Assembly: GCF_000743755.1 (NCBI RefSeq) | Contig: NW_014569377.1 | Span: 1-43,285, forward strand | Source: Blastocystis sp. subtype 4 | Taxonomy: Eukaryota | Length of the DNA stretch: 43,285 bases | Direction of reading: 5' to 3' | In this document: one piece after another, positions 1-12,927 of the stretch | Position numbering within the stretch: the stretch's first letter is position 1 | Layout of the letters: the number at the start of each line of letters is the position of its first letter | Position numbers and translations under genes: made by a program | The notes under the pieces: model-generated | Databases searched by the model: none | Seen by the model: only the letters and a program-made list of their open reading frames with translations | What the model was told of the DNA's origin: nothing

Positions 1-520
1 AAACTACTATTTGAATCAAAGAATCATTCTTTGATATCAGTGGGATTTCATTGGAAATCTTGATTTGTTGTTATTGTTACTAGATACTGACTTGATCTCC
101 TAATTGAAGATGGAGTCAATCTATGATGATAATCGATTCATTCTTTCTATTCATTGTTATGTGGTTTGATGACTTGACACAGAATTCCTTCTTTCAGATA
201 ATCACAACTCATTTTCATCTTGAAAGGATCAGAATGTGATATTCTGTTCACTCTTATAACTGTGGTTAGTCTAAAACACTTCACAATCAATCACTCCAAT
301 TCTTGTATTTCAATCATCCTATTCAATTCACATCTGTTGTGTTCAATACACACCATACTCACTCATTCACACATCCATATTGAATGAATATGTCTGAATG
401 ACGAGAGGATCTCTAGAACAGCCTAATCCAAATACTCTTCAGAAGCTATCATTGAACAACAGTAATCCATATGATTGATGGAATTCCATAAATCTGATGA
501 CTTGATGTGGATTGCGACAT
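1..520 (-). other. Possible intron-rich gene fragment running off the left edge (no product call)
   Basis: Short open stretches and GT..AG-like ~30-nt segments on the minus strand, divergent from CDC50; I could not build a consistent spliced frame. Confidence 0.25.
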
Positions 521-572
521 GGCGTATTGGGGACTTCGGCTTGTTGAAACTCCCAGAACGAATCAGATAGAT

Positions 573-1726
573 ATGGCTAGGGTTAAGGAATCGTTTAAGG
601 ATCGTTATTAGATGATGTTCTTGACTTATTGGTAGAGTTTCTCCAACAACGTCTTAGTGCATTTCGTCCTTCGTGGAGTCCACGGAATCTGATAATCTTG
701 TTTTGTGCCTTCGGTGTTGTTTATCTCATTATTGCTATTCCTTTATTGATTGTTGCAGGAAACGTAGTTTTTGTTTGTTGGTTTCAGGTTTAGGCGTATG
801 ATCAGGTTAAAATTTATGACGGATATGACCATACTGATTCTGATTGTCATATAGATGCGAATAATGCGAAACAAGAATGTACTGTACAGATTTCGACTTG
901 ACTTGATAGTAGATTGAATTCACTCTTACAAGAGATATTCATCAGACACTTTCTGTCTACTATGAATTAGACAACTTTTATCAGGTATAGATTGTCCCTC
1001 ACTATAATCTAGAATCACCGTGAATATGTGAACTCAGTGAGCTATGACCAATTGTATGGTGAGCAATTATCAGGAGAGGATCTGGAATCTGTGTGCGGAA
1101 GCAAAACTTACACGGATACAAACAAAACCAAAGTTCTTGTGCCTTGCGGTTACATTGCAAACTCCTTCTTCAATGGTTTGTCTCAACTAATCTGTTAATC
1201 CACAGATGAGATTCAGCTGTTGAATGAAGACTTAGTTTTGGATGAACACGATATTTCGTATTCGAATGATCGAAAACGTTATAACAATCCTCCTGATTTC
1301 GGACAACCAAGTGACAAGTATCAATTCATGTTCATTTGATTCTATTCCTTTATTTCTAGTTATGAGACATATCCTCAGATTAAGAAAGATAAATCCTCAG
1401 TAATAACCGATTCCAATTACTATGGACCTGGTGTTCAGGATGAACATTTCATTGTGTGGATGCGTTTAGCTGGAGTACCTCATTTCCGAAAATTGTATGG
1501 TCGTATCCGTACGCACAACCTGAAGAAAGGGGATGTTATCAGATTCCGAATTGTGAATAATTTTGAAGTGGCGTCGTTCAAAGGACGGAAAGGATTAGCA
1601 TTAGCCACGGAGAATTTCATTGGAGGTAGAAATTTCGGAATTGGAGTTTTATTCATCATTGGAAGTGTTCTTTCTTTCCTCTTTGCTATTGGAGTTGGCA
1701 TTATGAACAAGGTGTGTCCAGAGTAA
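573..1726 (+). CDS. CDC50: CDC50/LEM3 family P4-ATPase flippase beta subunit (spliced, ~6 introns)
   Basis: Spliced N-terminus MARVKESFKDQFLQQRLSAFRP plus TM helix; YYELDNFYQNHREY, PCGYIANSFFND, EHFIVWMRLAGVPHFRKLYG, GGRNFGIG then C-terminal TM. Confidence 0.9.
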
Positions 1727-1871
1727 GGATTTGGTTAGAGGGTAAGGGATAGAGTTCTTCCTATCAATGGAGGTAAATATGATTAGTTTGAATTCTTGTT
1801 TGTTGAGTTCCAGAAACAAGGATGATTTTTCTAATTCCCAAAACTCTTCTCAAGCGTAGAAAAGGTAAATT

Positions 1872-2850
1872 ATGCTTGCTCAGCGTGTTGTTTCCAGCCC
1901 GTTGCGGTTTTCTGCAACGATAGGAACGGGAGTGAAGGCATTTGTCTGTTGTGAACACACTCTGTCTCATATTCCGGTGATGAAGGCAAATATGAAGAGA
2001 TTGGATTGTGTACTGAACCCTTCGGATATGACGAAACATAACGCGAGTGTATTCTTTTTAATGGCATTATTCTCACTTCCTAGGTGATCATGCTTCATGG
2101 TGTTGGTGATACTGGTACGAGTGATTCTACAGGAATTTATTTGATAGGTTTCTTTATGGTTCCCTATGCTGCCGACTTATCTAGGTCTCTACCGAATGTT
2201 CGGTTTGTCTGTCCTACAGGTGTGTTTCGATTGTATTCTTTCATGTGTAGCACCAATGATCAATCTCACAGCTCGTCAAGGAGCGAAGGTTCATGCTTGG
2301 GTAGTCAAATTGTTGTTACTCTTATTGTAGTTTGATTTTCCATCATGGGACAGGGACGGAAACAACAAATGTACAGGAGTGGAAGAGAGCTGCGACTTTG
2401 TAAACAGTTTGATTCAGAAGGAAGTAGAAAAGGGAGTAGATCCATCAAAGGTGATTCTTTGCGGTTTTAGTCAAGGTGCTGGAATCGCCATTCACACAGG
2501 GTTTGGACGTGAAGTCCCGATTGGTGGGGTAATTTCACTATGTGGCTGTTTGCCCAATGATGCGATGTTTACTGTAAAGGAACAAGCCAAACATACTCCT
2601 GTGATGTAAGTGTCCTCTAGTGCCTGAACCATTAGAATGTTCCATGGAACTGCTGATAAGCATGTCCCTTATGAGTTTATTACTCAGGCTGCAACATTGT
2701 TGAAGGAGAAAGGAGTAAGAGAGGTGACTAGTTGTAAGAAGGTAGATTGAGCAAGTAGAGCTAAATACGTATCCTGCAGTGAAACATAAGATTACGAGAA
2801 GGATGATTGACATCACTCGTTTATTTTTGGAAGAGAAATTGGGTAATTAA
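1872..2850 (+). CDS. Acyl-protein thioesterase / phospholipase-carboxylesterase (Abhydrolase_2), spliced
   Basis: VIMLHGVGDTG, RFVCPT, GFSQG nucleophile elbow, FHGTADKHVP, ELNTYPAVKH; TAA at 2848-2850. Confidence 0.85.
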
Positions 2851-2898
2851 AGTCATTTGTGGTTATTTCTATTGTTTGTGGAGTCACACTTGTCTTCC

Positions 2899-5231
2899 AT
2901 GATCGCTCGTCTTGTTCACAGTAACAGGGTTTTGTATCTGGGGAAAACTTGCTTCTTTTCTACAGGTTCGGCCTTTGCCCAGAGACTAGTGAATTGGAAT
3001 CGGCTGTTTCCCTCTTTTACTACGGCAGAGAGTGTTGTGAAAGGAGTTAATATACGAATGGAGTAATAATTCATAGGAATCAGCAACCCAACCATCAACA
3101 ACCGGTAGAAAAGCCTGCAACATATCTAATTTGGTAGAAAACCAGCTGTGTTACTGTAACGGTATTTTGTGCGATGTGGATTCAAAGCATCCTGATAATG
3201 CCTTTGTCGAAGTCATAAAGACTCCAACTTCGGACGATGCAATGTTTTCTGTCAGTCGAGAGAATAAGGACTTTTTCCGAACAATGTGGCATTCATCTAC
3301 ACATCTTTTAGCCTATGCACTGGAAATGTATTATGGTGATAAGGTGAAATTGATTCACGGACCTTCGGGAGAGGGAGTTCCTTACTGTTTCTTCTATGAA
3401 GTAGCATTGGACGTAGAGGATATGGTGACGTATCAAATGTAGGGTGAAGCACCAACAGATAAAGACTTGAACGAGATTCAACGAATCATCAACAAACTGC
3501 TAAAGAAGGAAATGGTATTTGAACATCATTCCGTAATATTAGCAGCGTTGTCTGACGAATAGATTTCCAAAGAAGAAGCTCTTACACTGTTTGCAGAGAA
3601 TCCGTACAAGCTACGAATCATTGAGCAAGTCACTGATCCTATTTCAGTTTATTTCAGCCATTTTACTCATGTTTAGATCTATAAGTGTGGCGATTTCATC
3701 GATTTGTGCCGCGGGCCCCATATTCACTCCACGTCCGTTATTTCTATTCTCAAACTTACCAGTGCCAACTTTGTGGAGTCCAAAGACTCCAAACCTCACT
3801 ATCGATTCTATGGTAATTCGTTTATCTCACCTTCTGCTTCTGGATTCTACACAAAGCTCATGAAGGAGGCGAAGGATCGAGATCACCGATTGATTGGCAA
3901 GAAATTGGACTTATTTATGTTTGACGGGAATTCGCCTGGAAATGTCTTCTTTTTAGATCGGGGTCTCTTTATTTACAACCAGCTGATTCGACATATGAAA
4001 GATCGATACTTAACAGAATATGAGGAGATTTCATCACCATTGCTTTTTAAATCAGATTTGTGGAAAACAAGTGGTCATTATGATCACTATCGAAATAACA
4101 TGTTTCGAGTAGATACGCGTAATGCAGAAGAGGTGGTTTGTGGATATAGTGAATTCATTGATAGGAAGTATATTTGAAGCCAATGAATTGTCCTTCTCAT
4201 TGTCTCATTTTCAATAGTAAGTCTAGATCCTATCGAGATCTCCCGATTCGATATGCTGAATTCTCTCCAATTCATCGTCAAGAGAATTCAGGTGCATTAG
4301 GAGGATTAACACGGTTAAACATGTTCCATCAGGTTTGAATACAGAGAGAGTATGATGTTAAGGATGATGGCCATATCTTCTGCAGAATGGACCAGATTGG
4401 TTCAGAGATTGGAAGACTTCTGGATATCATAAGAGAACTATATGGAAGTCTGGGATTCAAGTATTCCTTTGTAGTATCAACACAACCAAAAGACGTAGAT
4501 TAGGATGAGTGAAATGATTCACAGAGTGTAGGGACATCCACAGACTGGAAGAATACAGAGGCACAATTGCGATCAATTCTGGAATCCAGAAATCTGTCAT
4601 ATTCTGTTGAAGAAGGCGATGGTGCATTTTATGCTCCTAAGATTGATGTTTTGATTCAAGATAGCCTATGTCGTTTCCATCAGTGCGGTACTATTCAACT
4701 CGATGTTCAGTTACCAACAAAGTTCAATTTGAAGTATAAGAATGAACATGCTGAGAATGAGACACCTGTCTTGATTCATCGTGCCATTTATGGATCTGTT
4801 TGTTATGGGGTTGATGATGATGTTCTTAGCTTGAACGTTTCTTAGGCGTCTTTATTGAGCATTGCAACGGACGTTTCCCTCTCTTTTTCTCTCCTTATCA
4901 AGTGGCTCTTCTTCCAGTCTCCGATGACTCTCATGTGCAGCGTTGTAATGAAGTCGTGGCAACACTAAGGAATCATTTCAAGAAGGATTTGAGAATTGAT
5001 GTGATGTCTCCTGAATTGTAGTTTTGTGTATTGGATATTCCTAATAGGTCTCTGAGCAAGAGGATTCGCGAGTGCACTACCAAACACTACAATTTTATGG
5101 TAACAGTAGGTAATGCAGAAGTGGAGAAGAATGTTCTCTCGGTTCGGTCACGTGGAGAAAAGGAGTCTGTTTCACTCTCATTGAATCAGTTTAGTGATAC
5201 GATCGAAAAAGAACTCAGTCTCTTTTGGTAA
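2899..5231 (+). CDS. Threonyl-tRNA synthetase, probably organellar (MRO), spliced
   Basis: [69 protein letters not shown], anticodon-binding C-terminus; basic N-terminus lacking acidic residues ([16 protein letters not shown]). Confidence 0.92.
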
Positions 5232-5248
5232 TACAGATGGCGGGAATC

Positions 5249-5256
5249 TGTTTGTT
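5249..5256 (+). terminator. GU-rich TGTTTGTT polyadenylation element of the ThrRS gene
   Basis: Exact TGTTTGTT 17 nt after the stop and 8 nt before the next ATG; the same motif recurs after most genes in the window. Confidence 0.75.
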
Positions 5257-5264
5257 GGTACAAA

Positions 5265-8200
5265 ATGAGTGTTCGAATTCAGCAAGTTGTTCTAAACAAC
5301 TTCAAAAGCTATTATGGAGAAGTAGTGGTTGATGTGAACGAATCGTTTGTCTGGTAGATATTATCTTATTCTATTATGTTAGTGTTGTTGGAAAGAATGG
5401 ATCTGGAAAGAGTGCTTTTATGGATGCTCTTTGTTGGGTATTTGGATTCCGTTCTCAATCTATTCGTTCTGAAAACGCAAGTCAGCTTCTAAACGATCAG
5501 GCTAGAAAGGAAGGAAATGAAGAAATGTAAAACTAAAGTCCATTCGTCTCATCAGTAGGAAAGTGGAAATTGTATTTCGGATTGATGGCATATTGATTCC
5601 AGAATCTGTTGGTGCATTTCATTCAATATCTCCATCCTCAATCGTATCTGTAGGACGTCGTCTTCATAGATCTACATTGGACTATTACGGTAGAATGAAC
5701 AATGGAGATGTGTTCAATGTAAAGTATGCAGAGATTTGTTCTCTATTGGAAGTATTGTCCATTCAAGTGAATATCCGTGGAAAGTTCATCATTCAACAAT
5801 CTGAACTACTTTCAGGGATTCGTCAGCGGAATACAACTCTCCTGGAGATTATTGAAGAGAGCTCAGGGAATGAATCGATCATTCAACGTTTATCAGAGTT
5901 AGAGAAGAAACAGTCCGCACTGTATGAGCAAAAGGAATCTGTGAAAGAACGAGTTGAAGAGATTGAGAGATATGAGAATGAGAACAAGGAGATGGAAACG
6001 ATGAAGAACCAGTCAATGGAACTGATAGAGGAGATGAACGAATTGGAGCTTAACCAACAGAAATTGATGGTAGAAATGAAGGTGAATGAATATGCACTCA
6101 GTACAGTGCGTAAAGAGGAATGTGAGAAGAGAAAGAGGAGTGTAAAAGAGGAGATTGAAGAGAATGAGAAAGCTCTGAGAGAAATGAGTGAAGAGATCAG
6201 TACGATGGTACAAGAGAAAGTAGTAAAAGAGAAGGAAGGAGTAGCAGTGAGAGAGAGACTTCTTGAAGTTCAGCAAGAGTCAGAGAAACGAAGAGCAGTG
6301 CGTCGAAGTGAGAGACGAAAGTTGAAGCAGATTCAGGAGGAACTGATCGTGAATCTTGATAACCAGAAACAACTAAGTGAGAAAGTGGATCAAATGATGA
6401 ATGAAGTAAGAACTCATTATGATATGAAGAGAAGATACGCAAAATGAAGGAAGAGAAACAAGCTAAGGAAGAGGAATTAGAGTCAATTCGAGATGGACTG
6501 AGTGATACGATGGCTGAGAAGATAAGTCGATCATTTCGAGAGAAACAAGAGAGTGATAATTTGATAGCAAACATGGTAAGATAAGAAATAGAAGAATACT
6601 TTAAAGGAACAGAATCAAAACACAATGGAATTCAAATTGCAAGAGATGATGAAACAGATTGAAACAAAGAAGAAAGAATTGTTAGAAGAGAATGATTTAA
6701 TTCATCAATTGAATCAGTCCAATGAAATTTGTCAACACAAAGCTCATACATTGTAATGAATCCTTTCTCCTTTGATAATAGAGAGTTGCAATATCAGAAC
6801 CATCAGGAGAAGGTAAGGAACCTAACAGATGTCATACCTTCAACCACAGTCTCACCTCTTCTATCCATCCTCTCTCAGTTTGATTCCAAGGATGTATATG
6901 GTTCTATTCCTGATCTTGGGATCACAATTCGTACTCCATCTGATTCACGAGCAGTTCACAGTGTGTTAGGAAAGGCACTTAAGAACACCATCGTTGTGGG
7001 AACTCGTGAAGTCTTTCATGATACATTTTCTCATTCCTAGACGGCTCTCTCTCTAATTCAATTTGTCTCCCAGAATCATTTCAATCGTATTCGTTGTATG
7101 ATTCTCTCAGAACTCCATCCATCACTTCTCTCTCCTCCTTCATGTACTCGTCGACTTGTAGATGCTGTGACCTGTCCCACACAATTCCAGAGTGTTGTAG
7201 AGTCGCTGTTAGGAACTTGGTTGATAGCAGAATCATTTGAAGCAGCAGTACAGATCCAACAGAAGAAGAAGTGTCGATGGAACTGTGTAACACTGGATGG
7301 AGTACAGTTCTATGCAAACGGAGAGGTGCGATCTGAAGTGTATGATTGAATATGGATTGAGATACAGACAATCATCAATTCGTCTCATGTGTTCAAGTGT
7401 ACCAGCAATGACAAATTTAGAACGCAGAGAAAAGGAGAAGGAACTAGAGAGAACTAAAGAAGATATGAAGAAAGAGAAAGAAGAGTTAAGAGAGATTCAT
7501 CAGGAATTACAACAGATTCGAGAGGAAATGGATATGAAAGAACAAGGTATGAAACGATTGCAGAGAGAGTCTGATGATCTCAATCATGATTATCAGTGCC
7601 TTTATCTTCAAAAACAACGAGAATTCTCTCATTATCAATCAATTCTTGCTTCTAGAACTAATCGCCAGATTAGTGACTCATCATTACCTACCACTGAGGA
7701 GTTGAATCATGCAGACACTATAGTCTCCTATCGAGTATAAAATTATTCTCCTTCCTTTCTCTAGACTGAGATCCGAACTCTTCATCAGACTCTCCTACGA
7801 AATGAGAAGGAATCAACTCGTCTTCAAATGCAACTGGATTCACTTCGTGCCAGAGTAACTCCATAGGGGATATTCTATTGTAGGAGGTAAATCTGCAACA
7901 GCGAATTGATGAAGCTGAAGCCAAATGGGATGAGAATCAAGACAGAAATGAACGGAAGAAACGAAAGAAGCAGGAAACAGAGTTATTGAATCAAGTGAGG
8001 GCAAATGAGGAAGCAGTTGGAAGCTTGATGAAGAAGGAGAAGGAGAGACGGACTCAACGCATTCAGAAGAAAATGGAAAATGAAAAGAAGCAACGTGAAC
8101 TCAGTCATATTGAAGAGGAAAGGAAGAAAGAGGAGGAGAAGCAAGGAGAATGTATGAGGGAGTTAGTGAAATGGAATGATTTGTGTTTGTCACACTTGGG

Positions 8201-9107
8201 TCTTGAAGGACCGCTGGAGGATGCCTTACAGCATCACTGTCAGGAGTCACTGAGTCCAAAGACTCTTTCAAAACAGATCGATGGGGCACGAGAGAAATGC
8301 AAACAGATCCAGAAAAAGCTGGATGAGAAGCAGAGTCTGTGTGTTGCTCTGAAGGAGCAGGTGGATGAGACAGTTCTCCAACAGCTTCGTGAACAACGAG
8401 ACGAAAAGAATCAATTGGAAGAGGCACTTCAAATCATTATTCGAGATCTCAGTGAGTGTGAAGTGAGAAAGGAGAAGGAAAATAAGTTGTAGAAGGAAAA
8501 GAAGGAGAAAGAGGATGAACGATTTGATAGACTCCGTCACTCCATAACACAAATCAATCATGAAATGAGTCAAATCTTTAATCGTATCACGATTACCATA
8601 TCCAACTTCATAGTATCAATAGAATTCTTAACAATACGGTGATTGCTACATTAAGCATTCCCATGATTACACAGCTACAATTACAAATGGTGTTGTATTT
8701 CGAGTAAATGATAAAAACTTCGTTCATCTCTAGTGTAAACTGGATAACACTCCTTGGACATATTATCCACAACTGTCAGGAGGACAACAAGCCCTCTGTC
8801 TATTATCATTTGTTCTAGCAATGAATATCGTATTTGTATGAATCTGTTTTGAACTCAATCAAAGCCATGCCCAATTCTTCTTGCAGATGAAATAGATGCT
8901 GCATTGGATTCTGATAAAGTGCTTAATCTCTCCAAATATCTTGCTGAACTGAGTCAGCAACAGAGAATTCAACTTTTTATCATAACACACAAACAAGATA
9001 TTATCGTAGGCACAAAAGTTAACCTCCATGTGTAGGAACAGTGCAAACAAATCATTGGAACATACTATCTGAACAACAGTACTCATATTATCACCGCGGC
9101 GAATTGA
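5265..9107 (+). CDS. Divergent SMC-family chromosome ATPase (many short introns)
   Basis: NFKSY, Walker A GKNGSGKS, long E/K coiled coils, hinge-like CVTLDG, signature LSGGQ, Walker B/D-loop ILLADEIDAALD, H-loop IITHK; spliced end ...HIITAAN-TGA at 9105-9107. Confidence 0.85.
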
Positions 9108-11394
9108 GGACCGATAGGAAGTGATATTGCTTGATTGTTTGTTCTGTGTTTGTTTTATCTTTCATTGCCGCTAAACCCGCTTCTGTACACAAGAACCGGA
9201 GTTCTGCCCCTTCAAATCAGTAATACAAACTACATCTCACCACTCATTCCCTCCGTCTTCTTTGCCAGAACAGAAAACTCTATATCTTCAATAGGCATTT
9301 GTCGAGTGATCACTTGTAGAATCTCCTCCCGATCTTTTTCATCAGGTTTCCCCAACTACAATTAGAGTCTACCTCCAAGCCAACGTAAATATGAGTTCCT
9401 AATCTGCCTGGTCTTACAATAGCATCATCCAATTCCTCCAGTTCATTCACAAGTCCCATCACCGTCACTCCTCCATTCGCCTTAATGTGAATCCATTTCC
9501 TCTCACTTACAGCATCGACTCCATCCATCTCTGTCAGTAACGTCGTCACAATTCGTTCATTGAAGCCTCCATCACTCGCTGCATTACTTAGAGTTCTCTT
9601 ACCTGCCAATATCTCCAACTGATCGAATACGATGACACACGGTGCAACTGAACGAGCCAGTGCAAATACATGACGAATATTAGCTTCAGTCTCTGAGAAG
9701 TATTTGGAGAAGAGAGAAGGACTCTCCACATAGATATAATAGCCTCCCAGCTCACCAATCACTGCTGGGACTAAGGTACTCTTGCCACATCCAGTAGGTC
9801 CATACACAAGAATACCAGCTGTTGGAGTCAGATTGAAACGCTGAAGCTGCTGAGACTGTTTGTGAGAAAGTGATAAGACAGAAAGAAGCTGTTTTTTGGC
9901 TTCCGAATAACCCCCGAAATCGGTCAATTTTGAAGATGATTCTAGTTTATGATCCTATCAATATCCTACTTCGGACATCAAATCCAATTAAAACAGAAGG
10001 AGTAAAAGAATTCAGAATTGGCTGAATATCTTCCTTATGAAGTGTCTGTTGGTGACTACAAACACTTCCTTCTCGCGTTACTGTGAGTGACAAAGCTTTC
10101 ATTGTGAGTAGACGCGACACATTAGTGAGATCACGATAGGAGAAACCTGAGGTATGCTGGGTCACATGCTGAATGGATGACGCATTCATGTAGGAGCCAA
10201 TCAAATCTGTCTATTCATGAATGTAATCGGACACAACAACAAGAATTGTGAATCGTTCTTCATATGTCGGAGAGTGAAGTGTTAGTGTCATATTGAAATA
10301 CTCTAGTATTATGCCATTCCAATAAACACACCTTCTTTCTGTAGAAAGGAAGGAATAACTTCATTCGACTGAATAGCGATCACAACGAGAATTCCTCTTT
10401 CAAAACACCGTATCAGCAGTTGCACAAGGCTATTCATCATTTTTTCCACTCAACATAACCCCTCACTCAATTCATCAATGTCATCAATGCAAAGCAATTG
10501 AAGTGAAGATAAGCATTCAATTACACTGAATGGGTCCGAGTACGGAAAACTGTCAGAGGAAAGATATAGAGAAGAATGAAGTTGATTGCAGAAATACTTC
10601 AGTAAACTGGATTTCCCACTTCCAGGACCTCCAATAACCTGAATATAAGATATGAATAAAGTGAATACCATAAGACCATGAACACGAACAGCTTCATTGC
10701 CGATATCACTCTGGTTCGTAGAGTATTGTAAAGCGTGAAGATAACGTGAAGCAGATGAAGGAAGGTGGAATACTGTTGGTAAAGGAGTTACTGACTTCAT
10801 AGTGAAACGAATCGTTGAAGATGGAGTCAATACTCCTCCCTCTACAGGTTCAATCGATTTTACATCTCCAAAGACACAAATGCTAATAAGAGGAAGAAGG
10901 AGACGAGAGTCTTTAGATAAATACACGTCATTGTAATGGAGATGTGTTAATTGTTCTATCGAATATGCACTTTCGAGCTGAGACGATGACAGACCAGAAT
11001 GACTCAAAACCACTTCCATCGAGTCAATCGGTTTATATGGCTTCTCTTGAATTACATTATTGATCTCAAGAGCATCTCCATGCATCATTCCCAAGGCTTC
11101 CATCAAGGAAGAAGGTAATAGCATCTATGAATGAATAATATTCAATAAAACTACTTCTCCAGGATTAATATCTTTGGATGGTATAATAGAAACGGTAACT
11201 TGTTTCCCATTCTTGCCAACTATGAATCAATGATAGAAGAAGTATTGACAAAGGACATACTGCTCATTCAAATGAAAATTACTCTTAAGAAAGTCCTCGA
11301 TACAGATCTGTATTACTCATAACAAATTGTTATCAAATACGGTAACTAAAGAATAAGATGAATTCTGATTTGAGCAGAAACAGGTGAACTGCAT
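9091..11394 (-). CDS. Type II (two-module) AAA+ ATPase of the CDC48/SPATA5/PEX1-like group
   Basis: D1 GGPGSGKS with LLCIDDID; D2 GILVYGPTGCGKS, SKYFSETEANIR, APCVIVFDQ, RIVTTLLTEMDG, DDAIVRPGR, spliced lid MSGAELRFLCTEA ending ...LNSPR-TGA (9093-9091). Confidence 0.85.
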
Positions 11395-11461
11395 TGTATT
11401 TGAAGAAATCGGCGCATCTTGCGCCAACCCATTGTTGGGTTCCTCTTCTCTTTGATTAAAA

Positions 11462-12042
11462 ATGGACGACAGAAAGTAATTTACTCTTTTCTACATTGAT
11501 TTGTAGAGTTTTCATTGGAAACGTGTATCATGCAGAGAAACAAGATGTGGAAGACTTCTTCATGAAGTTTGGTCCGATTCGTGATGTATGGGTTGCCCGT
11601 CGTCCTCCAGGCTTTGCCTATGTAACATTTGAGAAAGCAGAAGATGCAGAAAATGCAATTCGTGAGGGAAATGATGGAATGATCGGTGATGAGAAGATTC
11701 GTGTAGAGCTTGCTCGACCTCGTGTAGGAATGCATTTTGATTCTGATTTGAAGAAGACTCGTTCAGATCGTAGACATTCTCGTTCGCGTTCATATTCGCG
11801 ACATTCTGGACACAGAAGTGACTCCAGAGGTCGGGATCGCCACTCCCGTCGTGATTCACGTTCTCATTCCAGAAGTCGTCACAGCCATCGTCGTCACTCT
11901 CATGAGTATCGTCATGACTCGCGTGATTATCATCGTGATTCTCGTCGTGATCGCAGTCGTTCTTCGCGTCGCTCCCGAAGGTTAATACTAACTGTTGCAG
12001 CTATCTCATAGAGAACGTAGTGCTTCTTCGGATAGGAACTAG
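11462..12042 (+). CDS. SR splicing factor (SRSF3/SRSF7-like; RRM plus RS domain)
   Basis: KVFIGN RNP2, VWVARRPPGFAYVTF RNP1, IRVELAR, then an RS/RH-rich tail. Confidence 0.9.
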
Positions 12043-12227
12043 TAGAGAAGGATTGTTAACGGGATTAGAATATGATTTGCTAGATTGCTTTGTGAATTAT
12101 TGTTCTATTGTTGTCTTGTTTGTTTGACTCTTCGTTTGCAGATGGAGTTTAAGCATCTATTTTATTGCGTCTTTGAATCCACAATTCGGCAAACCCAAAA
12201 AACTACTCTTCTCCTCATTCCCTAGTC

Positions 12228-12895
12228 ATGACGTCTATTCGACCAGCACAAGTACCGTTATGTCTGATGTTGGCTCATATACTAGATCGAAGATGTGATT
12301 TCGATTCAGACACAGAATCTGTTGTCTCTTCCTGAGAATTACTACATGAACTTCTACTATTATCATCTTCTAACTTGGCCATATCTTTCTTGGGTTGCTG
12401 AAGATGAAGGGGGACACATTGTCGGTTATGTGTTAGGAAAACTGTACCGATCTGTTTATTTATTGATCACTAAGGAACGAGGATGACGAAACAATGGGAC
12501 AGATTACCTCTGTGGCTGTCTGTCGTGAGTACCGTCGGTTAGGTCTTGCTCATAAGTTGATGCGACAGTCCCAGGTTAAAATGATCGAACTGTACAACTG
12601 TAAAACATGTGCATTGCATGTTCGTGAGAGCAATTATGCAGCTCGCCATATGTATGAAAACGTTCTAGGATTTAAGTAATGGTGAATTGGAGATAATCAG
12701 AGTAGATTAGCTTTTGTAGATGTAAAGTACTATGCAGACGGAGAAAATGGTTTATTACTTAAGCTGGACTTGGAGGAATTACGGAAATCTATGAATCTTC
12801 CTCCTTTCAAAGGATTGAAATCGGATAACAGTGCTGCAGAAAAGAAGACAGAACCTGTTTCAAAAGGAAAAAGAACACACAAAGGGAAAAAATAA
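12228..12895 (+). CDS. NAA10: NatA catalytic subunit N-alpha-acetyltransferase (Ard1)
   Basis: [68 protein letters not shown]. Confidence 0.92.
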
Positions 12896-12927
12896 CGTGT
12901 CTTTATTACAAACAGTTAAACCACAAC

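Noticed and set aside
5880..8520. Long GA-rich low-complexity blocks and their antisense ORFs
   Set aside because: E/K-rich SMC coiled-coil codons; the antisense ORFs in the track are shadows
11760..11980. Repetitive CGT/TCT-rich tract
   Set aside because: Encodes the RS domain of the SR protein; not a DNA repeat element or CRISPR array
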